Virus record (IMG/VR): IMGVR_UViG_2565956731_000001
Length of the DNA stretch: 37,002 nucleotides
DNA from: a virus
Taxonomy: Duplodnaviria > Heunggongvirae > Uroviricota > Caudoviricetes
Direction: 5' to 3' (one strand)
Of this stretch, positions 18,022-28,182 are shown piece after piece. Within the stretch, counting starts at the first letter, position 1. Every line of letters begins with the position of its first letter. A model generated the notes under the pieces. That model did no database searches, was not told where the DNA came from, and saw only the letters and a program-made list of their open reading frames with translations. The translations under genes were made by a program, and so were the position numbers.

Positions 18022-18514
18022 ACGCTGCCTTGTCGGGGCCGTGCTGGCTATTGCTGCAACGCTGCCGGGGTTTCAGCAACTTCACACCTCCGTGGAGGGG
18101 CTGAAACTGATTGCCGATTACGAAGGCTGTCGTCTGCAGCCGTATCAGTGCAGCGCGGGTGTCTGGACCGACGGCATTGGTAATACGTCGGGCGTCATTC
18201 CCGGCAAAACTATTACGGAACGACAGGCAGCAGAAGGGCTGATCTCCAACGTGCTGCGTGTGGAGCGGGCGCTGGAAAGGTGTGTGAAGCAACAGCCGCC
18301 GCAGAAGGTGTATGACGCTACGGTGTCGTTTGCCTTCAACGTGGGGACGGGCAATGCCTGCAGTTCCACGTTGGTTAAATTGCTCAACCAGCGGCGCTGG
18401 GCGGATGCGTGCCGACAGTTGCCGCGCTGGGTGTATGTAAAAGGTGTGTTTAATCAGGGGCTGGATAACCGCCGTGCGCGGGAGATGGCCTGGTGTTTAC
18501 AGGGAGCAAACTGA
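18002..18514 (+). CDS. K: Endolysin (lysozyme), probable SAR-type
   Basis: E-8aa-D-5aa-T catalytic motif (DYEGCRLQPYQCSAGVWTDGIGNT); hydrophobic N-terminus. Confidence 0.85.
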   Translation: MNPSIVKRCLVGAVLAIAATLPGFQQLHTSVEGLKLIADYEGCRLQPYQCSAGVWTDGIGNTSGVIPGKTITERQAAEGLISNVLRVERALERCVKQQPPQKVYDATVSFAFNVGTGNACSSTLVKLLNQRRWADACRQLPRWVYVKGVFNQGLDNRRAREMAWCLQGAN

Positions 18515-18515
18515 A

Positions 18516-18893
18516 ATGAAAAAGAAATTAATCAGCGGACTGTTTCTGATGTTATGGATGGCGCTGTTAATCGCAGCAATGGTGTATCCGCAGGGGATTT
18601 TTCCGGTACTGGCAGCGTCCGGCGTTTGGGTAGCCTGTTTGCTGACATGGGCGGTAATTCCGGTAGCACTGGCTGCGTTAATTAAGAATGGCCCGCTCTG
18701 GCAGGAGTTAAGGGCATCTTTGCTGAAGACAATTACCCGAAAAGAAAACGTATTTATCAGTTGGGTGATGCGATTGCTGATTGTCGTAAGTCTCGCCTGG
18801 ACGGGGTGGGCTATTACCCTGGTCTTTTATCTGCTGACCGTTATTGCCTTCTGGATCACCCGTAATCAGATGGCGCAACAGGTAGCAGCATGA
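18516..18893 (+). CDS. LysA-like membrane protein (lysis timing / antiholin-like)
   Basis: 125 aa with about 4 TM helices; ATG 18516 after AGGGAGC; position as P2 lysA. Confidence 0.6.
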   Translation: MKKKLISGLFLMLWMALLIAAMVYPQGIFPVLAASGVWVACLLTWAVIPVALAALIKNGPLWQELRASLLKTITRKENVFISWVMRLLIVVSLAWTGWAITLVFYLLTVIAFWITRNQMAQQVAA

Positions 18894-19318
18894 ACCGGTT
18901 GCTGCTGGTTGTGCTGGCGTTATTACTGGCGGCGCTGGGCTGGCAGACGTGGCGGCTGGCTGATGCCAGCCAGACCATTAGCACGCAGGCAGACGAGCTG
19001 CAGAGCAAAAGTCAGGCACTGGCAAAGAGCAACAGCCAGCTTATTAGCCTGTCCATTCTGACTGAAACCAATAACCGGGAGCAGGCGCGGCTCTATGCCG
19101 AAGCAGAACAGACCAGCGCGCTGCTGAGACAACGACAACACCGGATCGAGGAACTGAAACGTGAGAACGAGGATTTACGCCGCTGGGCTGATACTCCTTT
19201 GCCTGCTGACATTATCCGGCTGCGGGAACGTTCGGCACTCACCGGAGGTGCAGCTTATCGTCAGTGGTTGTCCGCGAGTGACACCGTGTCGGCTGGATCA
19301 GGCAGCGCCGCGCACTAA
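18890..19318 (+). CDS. lysB: LysB, Rz-like inner-membrane spanin
   Basis: N-terminal TM helix then coiled-coil Q/E/R-rich region; position after lysA. Confidence 0.75.
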   Translation: MNRLLLVVLALLLAALGWQTWRLADASQTISTQADELQSKSQALAKSNSQLISLSILTETNNREQARLYAEAEQTSALLRQRQHRIEELKRENEDLRRWADTPLPADIIRLRERSALTGGAAYRQWLSASDTVSAGSGSAAH

Positions 19319-19451
19319 CGGTGATCTGAACGCGTTGTTGGATGAAACGGAGGCCGCCTGGGCGGTCTGTGCAGACAAAGTGGACATGATTATTGCGTGT
19401 CAGGAGCGAAACAGTGAACAAACCACAATCCCTGCGCCACGCCCTCAATAA
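19161..19451 (+). CDS. lysC: LysC, Rz1-like outer-membrane lipoprotein spanin
   Basis: Starts inside lysB in another frame (GTG after GAGGA), lipobox LTLSGC, Pro-rich C-terminus. Confidence 0.65.
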   Translation: MRTRIYAAGLILLCLLTLSGCGNVRHSPEVQLIVSGCPRVTPCRLDQAAPRTNGDLNALLDETEAAWAVCADKVDMIIACQERNSEQTTIPAPRPQ

Positions 19452-19845
19452 AGCTGTGCCTTATGTCCGCAATAACCCGGACAAACTGCATCTGTTTGTG
19501 GATAACGGTTCGCTGGTTGCCACGGGGGCCAGCTCCATGTCATGGGAGTACCGTTACACCCTGAACGCGGTGATTGAGGATTTCAGCGGCGACCAGAATC
19601 TGCTGATGGCCCCGGTTTTGCTGTGGCTGAGGGATAACCAGCCCGATGCAATCAATAACCCGGTGTTACGGGAAAAGTTATTCACCTTTGAGGTGGATAT
19701 TTTGCGCAACGATGTCTGTGATATCAGCCTTAACCTGCAACTGACGGAACGTGTGCTGGTCAGCACTGACGGCACTGTGTCCAGCGTTGAAGCTGTAGCG
19801 GAACCCGATGAACCTGAAGAAATGTGGACGGTGAAACGAGGCTGA
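19414..19845 (+). CDS. R: Tail completion protein gpR
   Basis: Aligns by eye with P2 R (FVDNGS..., TERV...); GTG 19414 after CAGGAGCG (the track's TTG at 19393 is less likely). Confidence 0.75.
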   Translation: MNKPQSLRHALNKAVPYVRNNPDKLHLFVDNGSLVATGASSMSWEYRYTLNAVIEDFSGDQNLLMAPVLLWLRDNQPDAINNPVLREKLFTFEVDILRNDVCDISLNLQLTERVLVSTDGTVSSVEAVAEPDEPEEMWTVKRG

Positions 19846-19855
19846 ACTGCAGAAG

Positions 19856-20290
19856 GTGGACGACTGGCTGAGTGCTTTGCTGGCGAATCTGGAACCAGCC
19901 GCAAGAAGCCGAATGATGCGCCAGCTGGCGCAGGAACTGCGCCGGACACAGCAGCAGAATATCAGGATGCAGCGCAATCCAGATGGCAGCAGTTATGAAC
20001 CGCGCAGGGTAACAGCACGCAGCAAGAAGGGGCGCATCAAACGTCAGATGTTTGCAAAGCTGCGCACCACCAAATACCTGAAAACCGCCGCCAGCGCCGA
20101 CTCTGCCAGCGTGCAGTTTGAAGGTAAGGTGCAGCGCATTGCGCGGGTTCACCATTACGGCCTGCGTGATCGCGTCAGTCGCAAAGGACCGGAGATCCGT
20201 TACGCAGAGCGCAAATTGTTGGGTTTCAGTTCAGTTTCAATAAACGTAGTCCATGATATTATATATTCGTGGATATCCAATTTAGATTGA
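19856..20290 (+). CDS. S: Tail completion protein gpS
   Basis: 144 aa in P2 S position; last ~20 codons lie in AT-rich sequence at the cargo junction. Confidence 0.75.
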   Translation: MDDWLSALLANLEPAARSRMMRQLAQELRRTQQQNIRMQRNPDGSSYEPRRVTARSKKGRIKRQMFAKLRTTKYLKTAASADSASVQFEGKVQRIARVHHYGLRDRVSRKGPEIRYAERKLLGFSSVSINVVHDIIYSWISNLD

Positions 20291-20297
20291 AAGTTTG

Positions 20298-20327
20298 AAA
20301 TGGCAGATGCTCTGCCATTTTTTTATT
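20298..20327. terminator. Bidirectional Rho-independent terminator between S and the cargo gene
   Basis: AATGGCAGA-TGC-TCTGCCATT hairpin with flanking A-run and T-run. Confidence 0.6.
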
Positions 20328-21079
20328 TAGATACTGAGATTTTTTTTACATAATAGTATAAATTCACAGTACATGTTATAGATTTTAGTCGCACATCCGT
20401 TAGCTTTTTTTATGGTTTCTATCTTTTCAGGGGGGAGGCTCAATAAGGCAATCTCTCTGTCGCTGAGCATTGAAATAAACTCGCTGCTGCCTAAATACCC
20501 GGAGTTGCAGGCTAAAAAATAATTAAAGTTAGTTAACTCTTTGTGTAGTTCGTTAGATTTTATTTCTATTTCATTATCATGAAAATGATGTATGGCCTTT
20601 CCCCATTCATGGCAGTATGTTGTCATGTCTTTAAGGTTTGAGTCATGAAATCTATTGCCAAAGTCATGGCTTTTTAGAAAGTCTATTGAGTTTGAATCTG
20701 GTGGTAATAATTTTATAAACTCTTTATATAGATTAATGTCAGAGTTCCTTTGTCTTTCTTTCTTTTCTCTGTTTTCTTTAATTTTAATACTGTCAAAGAA
20801 CCATTCTGGCACTTTACTTAATAAGTTATAGGTTAACCCCAAAGCAATTAGAGTGATGGCTACCATCGTGCTTGGATTACCATTATCTATTTTTATTATA
20901 TCAATATCTGCATTGAATTTTTTATTATATATATCAATTATAAAATTAAGTGCCATGAGATAATATGGAATTGGTAGCGCAATTATGCTTAGCCCAGTTA
21001 TAACTAAAGCCCAAGTTATTTTATTACTAAACTCAGGAAATATTACATTGATTATTTTTTTAACAATATACTTTTTCAT
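20327..21079 (-). CDS. Membrane protein of unknown function, cargo at the S/V (P2 orf30-equivalent) locus
   Basis: 250 aa, very AT-rich by eye; two N-terminal TM helices; K/E/N/D-rich C-terminal soluble domain; antisense to flanking late genes. Confidence 0.7.
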   Translation of the reverse strand: MKKYIVKKIINVIFPEFSNKITWALVITGLSIIALPIPYYLMALNFIIDIYNKKFNADIDIIKIDNGNPSTMVAITLIALGLTYNLLSKVPEWFFDSIKIKENREKKERQRNSDINLYKEFIKLLPPDSNSIDFLKSHDFGNRFHDSNLKDMTTYCHEWGKAIHHFHDNEIEIKSNELHKELTNFNYFLACNSGYLGSSEFISMLSDREIALLSLPPEKIETIKKANGCATKIYNMYCEFILLCKKNLSI

Positions 21080-21107
21080 TACTTAACTCCCTGAAAAATA
21101 TCCTAAT

Positions 21108-21125
21108 TGTGCCATGATTCATACA
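21108..21125. promoter_or_regulatory. Ogr-type late promoter dyad (TGT-N12-ACA) upstream of V
   Basis: TGTGCCATGATTCATACA about 50 bp upstream of the V start. Confidence 0.5.
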
Positions 21126-21171
21126 TTTTTATCTACTGGTTGATAATGTGTGGGGGATTTATGTTAGTGAC

Positions 21172-21750
21172 ATGAACGCACAGCTAACTGAAATCATGCG
21201 CCTTATCACCAACCTGATCCGCACAGGGGTTGTCACCGAAGTAGACAGGGAAAACTGGCTTTGCCGGGTGAAAACGGGCGACCTTGAAACCAACTGGATT
21301 AACTGGTTGACGCTGCGTGCCGGGAATGCCCGCACATGGTGGCGACCATCGGAAGGTGAGCAGGTGGTGCTGCTGAGTCTGGGCGGCAATCTGGAAACTG
21401 CCTTTGCGCTGCCCGCTGTCTATTCGAATCAGTTCGCACCACCGTCGACGTCGGCAGACGCCTGCGTGACAGAACATCCTGACGGTGGCTGGTTTGAATA
21501 CGAACCCGCCACCGGGCGCTGGTATGTCAGGGGCATCAAATCAATGGTCATTGAGGCCGCTGACAACATCACCATGAAAACCAGTGAGTTTGTACTGGAG
21601 GCTGACCGCACGCGCATTAACAGCGAAGTGGTGATCAATGGTGGCGTTACCCAGGGCGGCGGAGCGATGAGTTCTAACGGGATCGTGGTTGATGCGCATC
21701 AGCATACTGGCGTCCTGAAAGGCGGCGACACCACCGGAGGCCCGGTATGA
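21172..21750 (+). CDS. V: Baseplate spike/assembly protein gpV
   Basis: Aligns by eye with P2 V from MNAQLTE (IRTG..VTEVD, WWRPSEGEQV); ATG 21172. Confidence 0.85.
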   Translation: MNAQLTEIMRLITNLIRTGVVTEVDRENWLCRVKTGDLETNWINWLTLRAGNARTWWRPSEGEQVVLLSLGGNLETAFALPAVYSNQFAPPSTSADACVTEHPDGGWFEYEPATGRWYVRGIKSMVIEAADNITMKTSEFVLEADRTRINSEVVINGGVTQGGGAMSSNGIVVDAHQHTGVLKGGDTTGGPV

Positions 21751-22106
21751 CGCTTTATATCGGGATGAACAATACCAGCGGTAAAGCCATTACTGATATT
21801 GACCATCTGCGCCAGTCGGTGCGGGACATTTTGCTGACGCCGCAGGGTAGCCGCATTGCCCGTCGGGAATATGGTTCCCTGCTGTCGGCACTGATAGACC
21901 AGCCACAAAATCCGGCGTTACGCCTGCAGGTCATGTCGGCAGTGTATGTGGCGCTGAGTCGCTGGGAGCCACGGCTGACGCTGGATTCCATCACCATCAA
22001 CAGCCATTTTGACGGTTCAATGGTGGTGGAGCTGAGTGGGCGGCGTAATAACGGTGTGCCTGTTTCCCTTTCCGTATCAACAGGAGCAGAGAATGGCCGT
22101 GATTGA
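21747..22106 (+). CDS. W: Baseplate protein gpW (gp25-like)
   Basis: 119 aa, P2 W-like; overlaps V stop. Confidence 0.85.
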   Translation: MTLYIGMNNTSGKAITDIDHLRQSVRDILLTPQGSRIARREYGSLLSALIDQPQNPALRLQVMSAVYVALSRWEPRLTLDSITINSHFDGSMVVELSGRRNNGVPVSLSVSTGAENGRD

Positions 22107-23001
22107 CCTTTCGCAGTTACCTGCGCCGCAGATTGTGGATGTGCCGGACTTTGAGACGCTGCTTGCCGAACGCAAGGCCGAATTTGTTGCGCTTCATCCG
22201 AAAGATGAGCAGGAAGCAGTGATCCGCACGCTGGAACTGGAATCTGAACCCGTCACCAAATTGTTGCAGGAGAACGCTTACCGTGAGTTGCTTCTGCGCC
22301 AGCGTATTAACGAAGCCGCGCAGGCTGTGATGGTGGCTTACGCGATGGGCGGCGATCTTGACCAGCTCGCAGCCAACTACAACGTGAAACGCCTGACGGT
22401 GACGCCTGCTGATAATGACGCTGTGCCGCCCGTTGCAGCTGTGATGGAAAGCGATGAAGCGTTACGCCTGCGTGTGCCTGCAGCCTTTGAGGGGCTTTCA
22501 GTTGCGGGACCAACTGCCGCTTATGAATTTCATGCCCGAAGCGCCGACGGTCGGGTGGCGGATGCCAGTGCAAACAGTCCGGCGCCTGCAGAGGTAGTGC
22601 TGACGGTCCTGAGTCGTGAAGGCGACGGAACAGCAGAAAAAGACCTGCTGGATGTGGTGGAGAAAGCACTGAACAGTGAGAACGTCCGCCCGGTGGCTGA
22701 CCGTCTGACGGTTCGCAGCGCAGAAATCATCCCGTACCGTGTGGAAGCCACCATTTTTCTTTATCCGGGACCGGAAGCAGAGCCGGTAATGGCAGCGGCA
22801 AAAGTCAGCCTGCAGAGGTACATCGCCAGTCAGACGCGGCTCGGTCGGGATATTCGCCGTAGTGCTATTTTTGCCGCGCTGCATGTTGAGGGTGTTCAAC
22901 GTGTGGAACTGGCTTCTCCGCTGGCGGATGTGGTTCTGAACAAAACGCAGGCGGCATCATGTACGCAGTGGAGCGTGACCAACGGAGGAACGGATGAATA
23001 G
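22093..23001 (+). CDS. J: Baseplate protein gpJ
   Basis: 302 aa from ATG 22093 (RBS CAGGAGCAG), exactly P2 J length. Confidence 0.85.
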   Translation: MAVIDLSQLPAPQIVDVPDFETLLAERKAEFVALHPKDEQEAVIRTLELESEPVTKLLQENAYRELLLRQRINEAAQAVMVAYAMGGDLDQLAANYNVKRLTVTPADNDAVPPVAAVMESDEALRLRVPAAFEGLSVAGPTAAYEFHARSADGRVADASANSPAPAEVVLTVLSREGDGTAEKDLLDVVEKALNSENVRPVADRLTVRSAEIIPYRVEATIFLYPGPEAEPVMAAAKVSLQRYIASQTRLGRDIRRSAIFAALHVEGVQRVELASPLADVVLNKTQAASCTQWSVTNGGTDE

Positions 23002-23599
23002 TCTGCTGCCACCGGGTTCAACTTCACTGGAGCGCCGACTGGCGCAGACCTGTAGCGGGATTTCTGATCTGCAGGTGCCGCTGTGTGACTTGTGGAATCC
23101 AACGACCTGTCCGATCAGTTTCCTGCCTTATCTCGCCTGGGCGTTCTCTGTGGATCGCTGGGACGAGGGCTGGACGGAAAGCGTCAAACGACAGGTGGTG
23201 AAGGATGCTTTTTATATTCATCAGCATAAAGGAACCACCAGTGCCGTGCGGCGGGTGGTGGAGCCGTTCGGCTTCCTGATCCGCATTATTGAGTGGTGGC
23301 AGACCGGAGAGGCACCGGGCACGTTTCGTCTGGATATCGGCGTGCAGGACCAGGGCATCACTGAAGATACCTATCTGGAACTTGAGCGACTGATAAGCGA
23401 TGCCAAACCATGTAGCCGTCACATGATCGGCATGTCCATCAACCTGCAGACCAGCGGCCCGCATTGGGTGGGAGCCGCCAGCTATCTTGGCGAAGAAATC
23501 ACGATCTATCCGTATATCAACGAAACAATTATTTCCGGCGGCACCGCGCATGAAGGCGGGGCGGTCCATGTTATTGACACAATGAGAGTGAATCCATGA
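22994..23599 (+). CDS. I: Baseplate protein gpI
   Basis: 201 aa in P2 I position. Confidence 0.8.
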   Translation: MNSLLPPGSTSLERRLAQTCSGISDLQVPLCDLWNPTTCPISFLPYLAWAFSVDRWDEGWTESVKRQVVKDAFYIHQHKGTTSAVRRVVEPFGFLIRIIEWWQTGEAPGTFRLDIGVQDQGITEDTYLELERLISDAKPCSRHMIGMSINLQTSGPHWVGAASYLGEEITIYPYINETIISGGTAHEGGAVHVIDTMRVNP

Positions 23600-25017
23600 G
23601 CACAAAATTTTATACCCTGCTGACGGATATTGGCGCGGCGAAACTTGCCTGCGCCGCCGCGCTCGGTGTGCCGCTAAAAATTACCCATATGGCGGTGGGC
23701 GATGGCGGCGGAGTATTGCCGACGCCGGACGCAAAGCAGACTGCACTGGTAAATGAGAAACGCCGGGCTGCTCTGAATATGCTCTATATCGACCCGCAGA
23801 ACAGCAGCCAGATTATTGCTGAACAGGTGATCCCTGAAAACGAGGGCGGTTGGTGGATACGTGAAGTGGGCCTGTTTGATGAGTCAGGGGCATTGATTGC
23901 CGTGGGGAACTGCCCGGAAAGCTATAAACCGCAACTGGCTGAAGGCAGCGGGCGCACCCAGACCGTGCGCATGGTGCTGATTACCAGCAGCACGGACAAT
24001 ATCACCCTGAAAATCGACCCTGCTGTAGTGCTGGCAACCCGCAAGTATGTGGATGACAAGGCACTGGAGCTGAAGGTGTACGCGGATGATCAGATGGCAA
24101 AACATCTTGCCGCACCGGACCCGCATTCACAGTATGCACCCAAAGAAAGTCCGACGTTTACCGGGACACCCAAAGCGCCAACGCCAGCAGCAGGGAATAA
24201 CACTACGCAGATTGCGACCACCGAGTTTGTTCAGGCGGCTCTGACGGCTCTTATTAATGGTGCGCCAGCCACGCTGGACACGCTGAAAGAAATAGCCGCA
24301 GCCATTAACAATGATCCGAAATTCAGTACCACCATTAACAATGCGCTGGCACTGAAAGCGCCGCTGTCGAGTCCGGCACTCACCGGAACGCCAACCGCAC
24401 CTACTGCGGCACAGTCGGTCAACAATACACAAATTGCCACCACGGCATTTGTGAAATCGGCGATTGCGGCAATGGTGGGTTCTGCACCTGGGGCACTGGA
24501 TACACTGAACGAACTGGCGGCGGCGCTGGGGAATGACCCGAACTTTGCCACGACAATGCTTAATGCACTGGCAGGTAAACAACCGCTGGACAATACGCTG
24601 ACTAATTTGAGTGGAAAGGATGTAACTGGTCTTCTCACATACCTTGGTTTGGGAGAAGCGGCAAAACGGAATGTAGGAACAGGGGAAAATCAGATACCGG
24701 ACATGACCTCTTTTGCCAGTGGTGATGGATGGATGAAATTACCCAACGGGAAAATCCTGCAATATGGTCGTGGTGCGATTACGCCGACATTATCGACGCA
24801 AACAATGAGAATTACATTCAGCATCCCTTTTCCTAAAGAAGTGGACTGCGCCATGCTTACCCATTCTGGTGATGGTGGTGCGCCTTTAGGCGCTGGACGG
24901 GGATTCGTGATGACTGCAGAAGGTCCAACACTAACCGGTTTTAATTCCGCTTACAGAACTGCATCAACCAGCTCCACAGTATCGATGAATTACAGTTGGT
25001 GGGCTGTTGGTGAGTAA
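23596..25017 (+). CDS. H: Tail fibre protein gpH (C-terminal part encoded inside the invertible segment, current orientation)
   Basis: Conserved P2 H-like N-terminus; repeated collar motifs (TQIATTEFV / TQIATTAFV); crossover repeat inside the gene at 24644-24677. Confidence 0.85.
   Translation: MSTKFYTLLTDIGAAKLACAAALGVPLKITHMAVGDGGGVLPTPDAKQTALVNEKRRAALNMLYIDPQNSSQIIAEQVIPENEGGWWIREVGLFDESGALIAVGNCPESYKPQLAEGSGRTQTVRMVLITSSTDNITLKIDPAVVLATRKYVDDKALELKVYADDQMAKHLAAPDPHSQYAPKESPTFTGTPKAPTPAAGNNTTQIATTEFVQAALTALINGAPATLDTLKEIAAAINNDPKFSTTINNALALKAPLSSPALTGTPTAPTAAQSVNNTQIATTAFVKSAIAAMVGSAPGALDTLNELAAALGNDPNFATTMLNALAGKQPLDNTLTNLSGKDVTGLLTYLGLGEAAKRNVGTGENQIPDMTSFASGDGWMKLPNGKILQYGRGAITPTLSTQTMRITFSIPFPKEVDCAMLTHSGDGGAPLGAGRGFVMTAEGPTLTGFNSAYRTASTSSTVSMNYSWWAVGE
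24644..24677. repeat. Left inverted repeat (recombination site) of the tail-fibre invertible segment
   Basis: 34-bp sequence TTGGTTTGGGAGAAGCGGCAAAACGGAATGTAGG present in perfect inverse orientation at 26191-26224. Confidence 0.8.
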
Positions 25018-25028
25018 TTTTATTCAGG

Positions 25029-25481
25029 GTGATTTATATGAACGAATATGTTTATAGCGCAAGGCATAATGCTTTTTTCCCTGTGGATATGATTGATAAA
25101 TATAAATCAGAGGGATGGGATTTATCAGACGCAAAGGAAGTAAATCAAAATATTATCAGTGAGTTTATGGCTGAACCGCCACAAGGAAAAATCCGTATTG
25201 CCGGAGATGATGGGCTGCCTGCGTGGGCAGATATTCCTCCACCCACGCATGAAGAGCTTATTGAAATTACTGAATCAGAAAAACAGCTACTAATTAACCA
25301 GGCTAACGAATACATGAACAGTAAGCAATGGCCTGGCAAAGCAGCTATTGGTCGTCTGAAAGGTGAGGAACTGGCGCAATATAATTTGTGGCTGGATTAC
25401 CTGGACGCACTGGAACTGGTGGATACCTCCAGTGCTCCAGATATTGAATGGCCTACACCTCCGGTAACTCAGGCCAGCTAA
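25029..25481 (+). CDS. Tail fibre assembly chaperone (Tfa, expressed orientation)
   Basis: 150 aa immediately after H; N-terminus MIYMNEY... typical of Tfa/gpG. Confidence 0.75.
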   Translation: MIYMNEYVYSARHNAFFPVDMIDKYKSEGWDLSDAKEVNQNIISEFMAEPPQGKIRIAGDDGLPAWADIPPPTHEELIEITESEKQLLINQANEYMNSKQWPGKAAIGRLKGEELAQYNLWLDYLDALELVDTSSAPDIEWPTPPVTQAS

Positions 25482-25848
25482 TCTCAGGAGCCGTCGAAGT
25501 GTCGACGGCTTTTACTTCTTTTTTGTAGTCCATCCAGGCAGATAGTTTTTCTTTATCTGTACTGCTGATATCACCAAGCATTAATTCCACCCGCCAGTCA
25601 GCTGTGACATTATCGGCATGAGCAAGTAACTGCATTCGCTGATTTTCAGCACGTGCGACATAATCAATCGCCGGAGATTTCAGTACCGGTAAACCATTTT
25701 CATCTGACGTGATTAATTTACCCCCTTCCTGCTGTCCGGCAATTAATTCATTGTATAAGTCTGTACTTATCTCAACAATGTCAGCAGGCATGTCGCTGTT
25801 TATACCATCAAAGAAAAAACCATTAGTCGATTTTGAGAAATAAATCAT
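25453..25848 (-). CDS. Alternative tail fibre assembly chaperone (silent orientation)
   Basis: Minus-strand ORF with Tfa-like N-terminus MIYFSKSTNGFF; convergent with and overlapping the expressed tfa. Confidence 0.65.
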   Translation of the reverse strand: MIYFSKSTNGFFFDGINSDMPADIVEISTDLYNELIAGQQEGGKLITSDENGLPVLKSPAIDYVARAENQRMQLLAHADNVTADWRVELMLGDISSTDKEKLSAWMDYKKEVKAVDTSTAPEISWPELPEV

Positions 25849-25856
25849 AGATATAC

Positions 25857-26190
25857 CTATACACCGATTGCTACCCAAAAACAGGACCTTTCATATTTGA
25901 CAATTTCTCCCTGAGATATACCGCCAACAATTATATAGAACTGTGATTTGCTGATATCAGAACAGTTCGCTATGCCCATTGCAGATATACCAGCCACCGA
26001 CGTTGTATGTGGCACAGCCAACAGCGCAAGTGAACGATTTGGGAATGTTACCGGGTAAGTCACCGTATAGTTTGATGCTCCACTGACAATACCCCACTGA
26101 ATAATCAGACCTGAAGGAAGTTTTTGAAAACCCGTTGATGAAAGTGAACTGGCAAACGCCGCCATATCCGGAATTTGGTTTTGCCCGTTA
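25857..26190 (-). CDS. Alternative tail-fibre C-terminal coding segment (silent cassette, no own start)
   Basis: Minus-strand frame begins with [19 protein letters not shown] matching the H crossover region, then diverges. Confidence 0.65.
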
Positions 26191-26224
26191 CCTACATTCC
26201 GTTTTGCCGCTTCTCCCAAACCAA
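26191..26224. repeat. Right inverted repeat of the invertible segment
   Basis: Perfect reverse complement of 24644-24677. Confidence 0.8.
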
Positions 26225-26291
26225 CGTTTATGAAAATGCAGAGATAATGGCTAACTGGCATCATCCCCGGTTTTTATTCAGGGGGATGATC

Positions 26292-26858
26292 ATGCTTATT
26301 GGCTATGTACGCGTGTCAACAAATGACCAGAACACCGATTTGCAACGTAATGCACTGAACTGCGCGGGATGTGAGCGGATTTTTGAGGACAAAATCAGTG
26401 GCACAAAGTCCGACAGACCAGGGCTGAAAAAACTGCTCAGGACACTAACGGCAGGAGACACTCTGGTTGTCTGGAAGCTGGACAGGTTGGGGCGCAGTAT
26501 GCGGCATCTTGTTACGCTGATAGAAGAGTTGCGCCAGCGTGGTGTGAATTTCCGAAGCCTGACTGACAGTATTGATACCAGTACCCCAATGGGCCGTTTC
26601 TTTTTTCATGTCATGGGTGCCCTGGCTGAAATGGAACGCGAACTGATAGTTGAACGTACCAGGGCGGGGCTGGCTGCAGCTCGTGCTAAAGGCAGAGTAG
26701 GTGGACGCCGTCCTAAGTTGACCACCGAACAGTGGGCACAGATTGGACGTTTACTCGAGGCCGGAGAATCAAGACAGCGTATTGCACTGATTTTTGATGT
26801 GGGTGTTTCCACAATTTATAGAAAATTTCCGGCAAATAAGAGCAATGAATCCCCCTGA
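26292..26858 (+). CDS. Serine-recombinase DNA invertase (Pin/Gin/Hin/Cin family)
   Basis: N-terminus MLIGYVRVSTNDQ with catalytic Ser; C-terminal HTH; aligns by eye with e14 Pin; ATG 26292 after AGGGGGATG; directly adjacent to the invertible segment. Confidence 0.9.
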   Translation: MLIGYVRVSTNDQNTDLQRNALNCAGCERIFEDKISGTKSDRPGLKKLLRTLTAGDTLVVWKLDRLGRSMRHLVTLIEELRQRGVNFRSLTDSIDTSTPMGRFFFHVMGALAEMERELIVERTRAGLAAARAKGRVGGRRPKLTTEQWAQIGRLLEAGESRQRIALIFDVGVSTIYRKFPANKSNESP

Positions 26859-26906
26859 ATCAGCATTATTTTGATTATCCCTGCAAGTAGACAAATACCG
26901 CCATTT

Positions 26907-26924
26907 TGTATGAATAACGGTACA
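26907..26924. promoter_or_regulatory. Ogr-type late promoter dyad (TGT-N12-ACA) upstream of FI
   Basis: TGTATGAATAACGGTACA about 75 bp upstream of FI. Confidence 0.5.
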
Positions 26925-27000
26925 ACTGCGCTTAGCTGTTTGTCAGGCACAATCACTTCAACATAGGGCGAAGCCTAATCCAATCAGGAGGTTCGCCACT

Positions 27001-28173
27001 ATGGCTCAGGATTACCACCACGGGGTGCGCGTTGTTGAAGTCAACGAAGGCACCCGATCCATTACCACGGTGAGCACCGCCATCGTGGGTATGGTCTGCA
27101 CGGGCGATGATGCCGATGCAAAAATGTTTCCTCTTAATAAACCCGTGCTGATCACTGATGTGCTGACTGCCAGCGGTAAAGCGGGTGAGTCCGGTACTCT
27201 GGCCCGTTCGCTGGATGCCATCGCTGACCAGGCAAAACCCGTGACCGTTGTTGTGCGTGTGCCGCAGGGTGAAACGGAAGAAGAAACCACGACCAATATC
27301 ATCGGCGCAGTGACTGCTGAAGGTAAAAAAACAGGCATGAAAGCCCTGTTATCTGCCCAGTCACAGCTCGGCGTTAAACCGCGCATTCTCGGCGTGCCAG
27401 GCCACGACACCAAGGCGGTAGCTACTGAGTTGCTGAGCGTGGCGCAAAGCCTGCGTGGGTTTGCTTACCTGTCAGCGTATGGCTGCAAGACAGTGCAGGA
27501 GGCGATCACTTACCGCGAAAACTTCAGTCAGCGCGAAGGGATGCTGATCTGGCCTGACTTTACTGGATGGGACACGGTGCTGAATGCCGAAGCAACGGCA
27601 TATGCCACCGCCCGTGCGCTCGGTCTGCGTGCCAAAATTGATGAGCAGACTGGGTGGCACAAAAGCCTGTCCAACGTGGGCGTGAACGGTGTCACCGGAA
27701 TTTCTGCAGATGTGTTCTGGGATCTGCAGGACCCGGCAACCGATGCAGGTCTGCTGAACCAGAACGACGTCACCACGCTTGTGCGTAAAGACGGTTTCCG
27801 CTTCTGGGGTTCCCGCTGCCTGAGTGATGACCCGCTCTTTGCCTTCGAAAACTACACCCGCACGGCGCAGGTGCTGACGGACACAATGGCAGAAGCGCAC
27901 ATGTGGGCGGTGGACAAACCGCTGAACCCGTCGCTGGCGCGCGACATTATCGAGGGCATCCGCGCCAAAATGCGCAGCCTGGTCAGTCAGGGGTATCTCA
28001 TTGGTGGTGATTGCTGGCTGGACGAGTCGGTGAACGACAAAGACACGCTGAAAGCCGGAAAACTCACCATCGACTACGACTACACGCCAGTGCCGCCACT
28101 TGAAAACTTGATGTTGCGTCAGCGCATCACCGATCAGTACCTGGTGAATTTCGCCACCCAGGTCAGCGCGTAA
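27001..28173 (+). CDS. FI: Contractile tail sheath protein gpFI
   Basis: 390 aa, P2 FI-like; strong RBS CAGGAGG. Confidence 0.9.
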   Translation: MAQDYHHGVRVVEVNEGTRSITTVSTAIVGMVCTGDDADAKMFPLNKPVLITDVLTASGKAGESGTLARSLDAIADQAKPVTVVVRVPQGETEEETTTNIIGAVTAEGKKTGMKALLSAQSQLGVKPRILGVPGHDTKAVATELLSVAQSLRGFAYLSAYGCKTVQEAITYRENFSQREGMLIWPDFTGWDTVLNAEATAYATARALGLRAKIDEQTGWHKSLSNVGVNGVTGISADVFWDLQDPATDAGLLNQNDVTTLVRKDGFRFWGSRCLSDDPLFAFENYTRTAQVLTDTMAEAHMWAVDKPLNPSLARDIIEGIRAKMRSLVSQGYLIGGDCWLDESVNDKDTLKAGKLTIDYDYTPVPPLENLMLRQRITDQYLVNFATQVSA

Positions 28174-28182
28174 GGGGACAAC

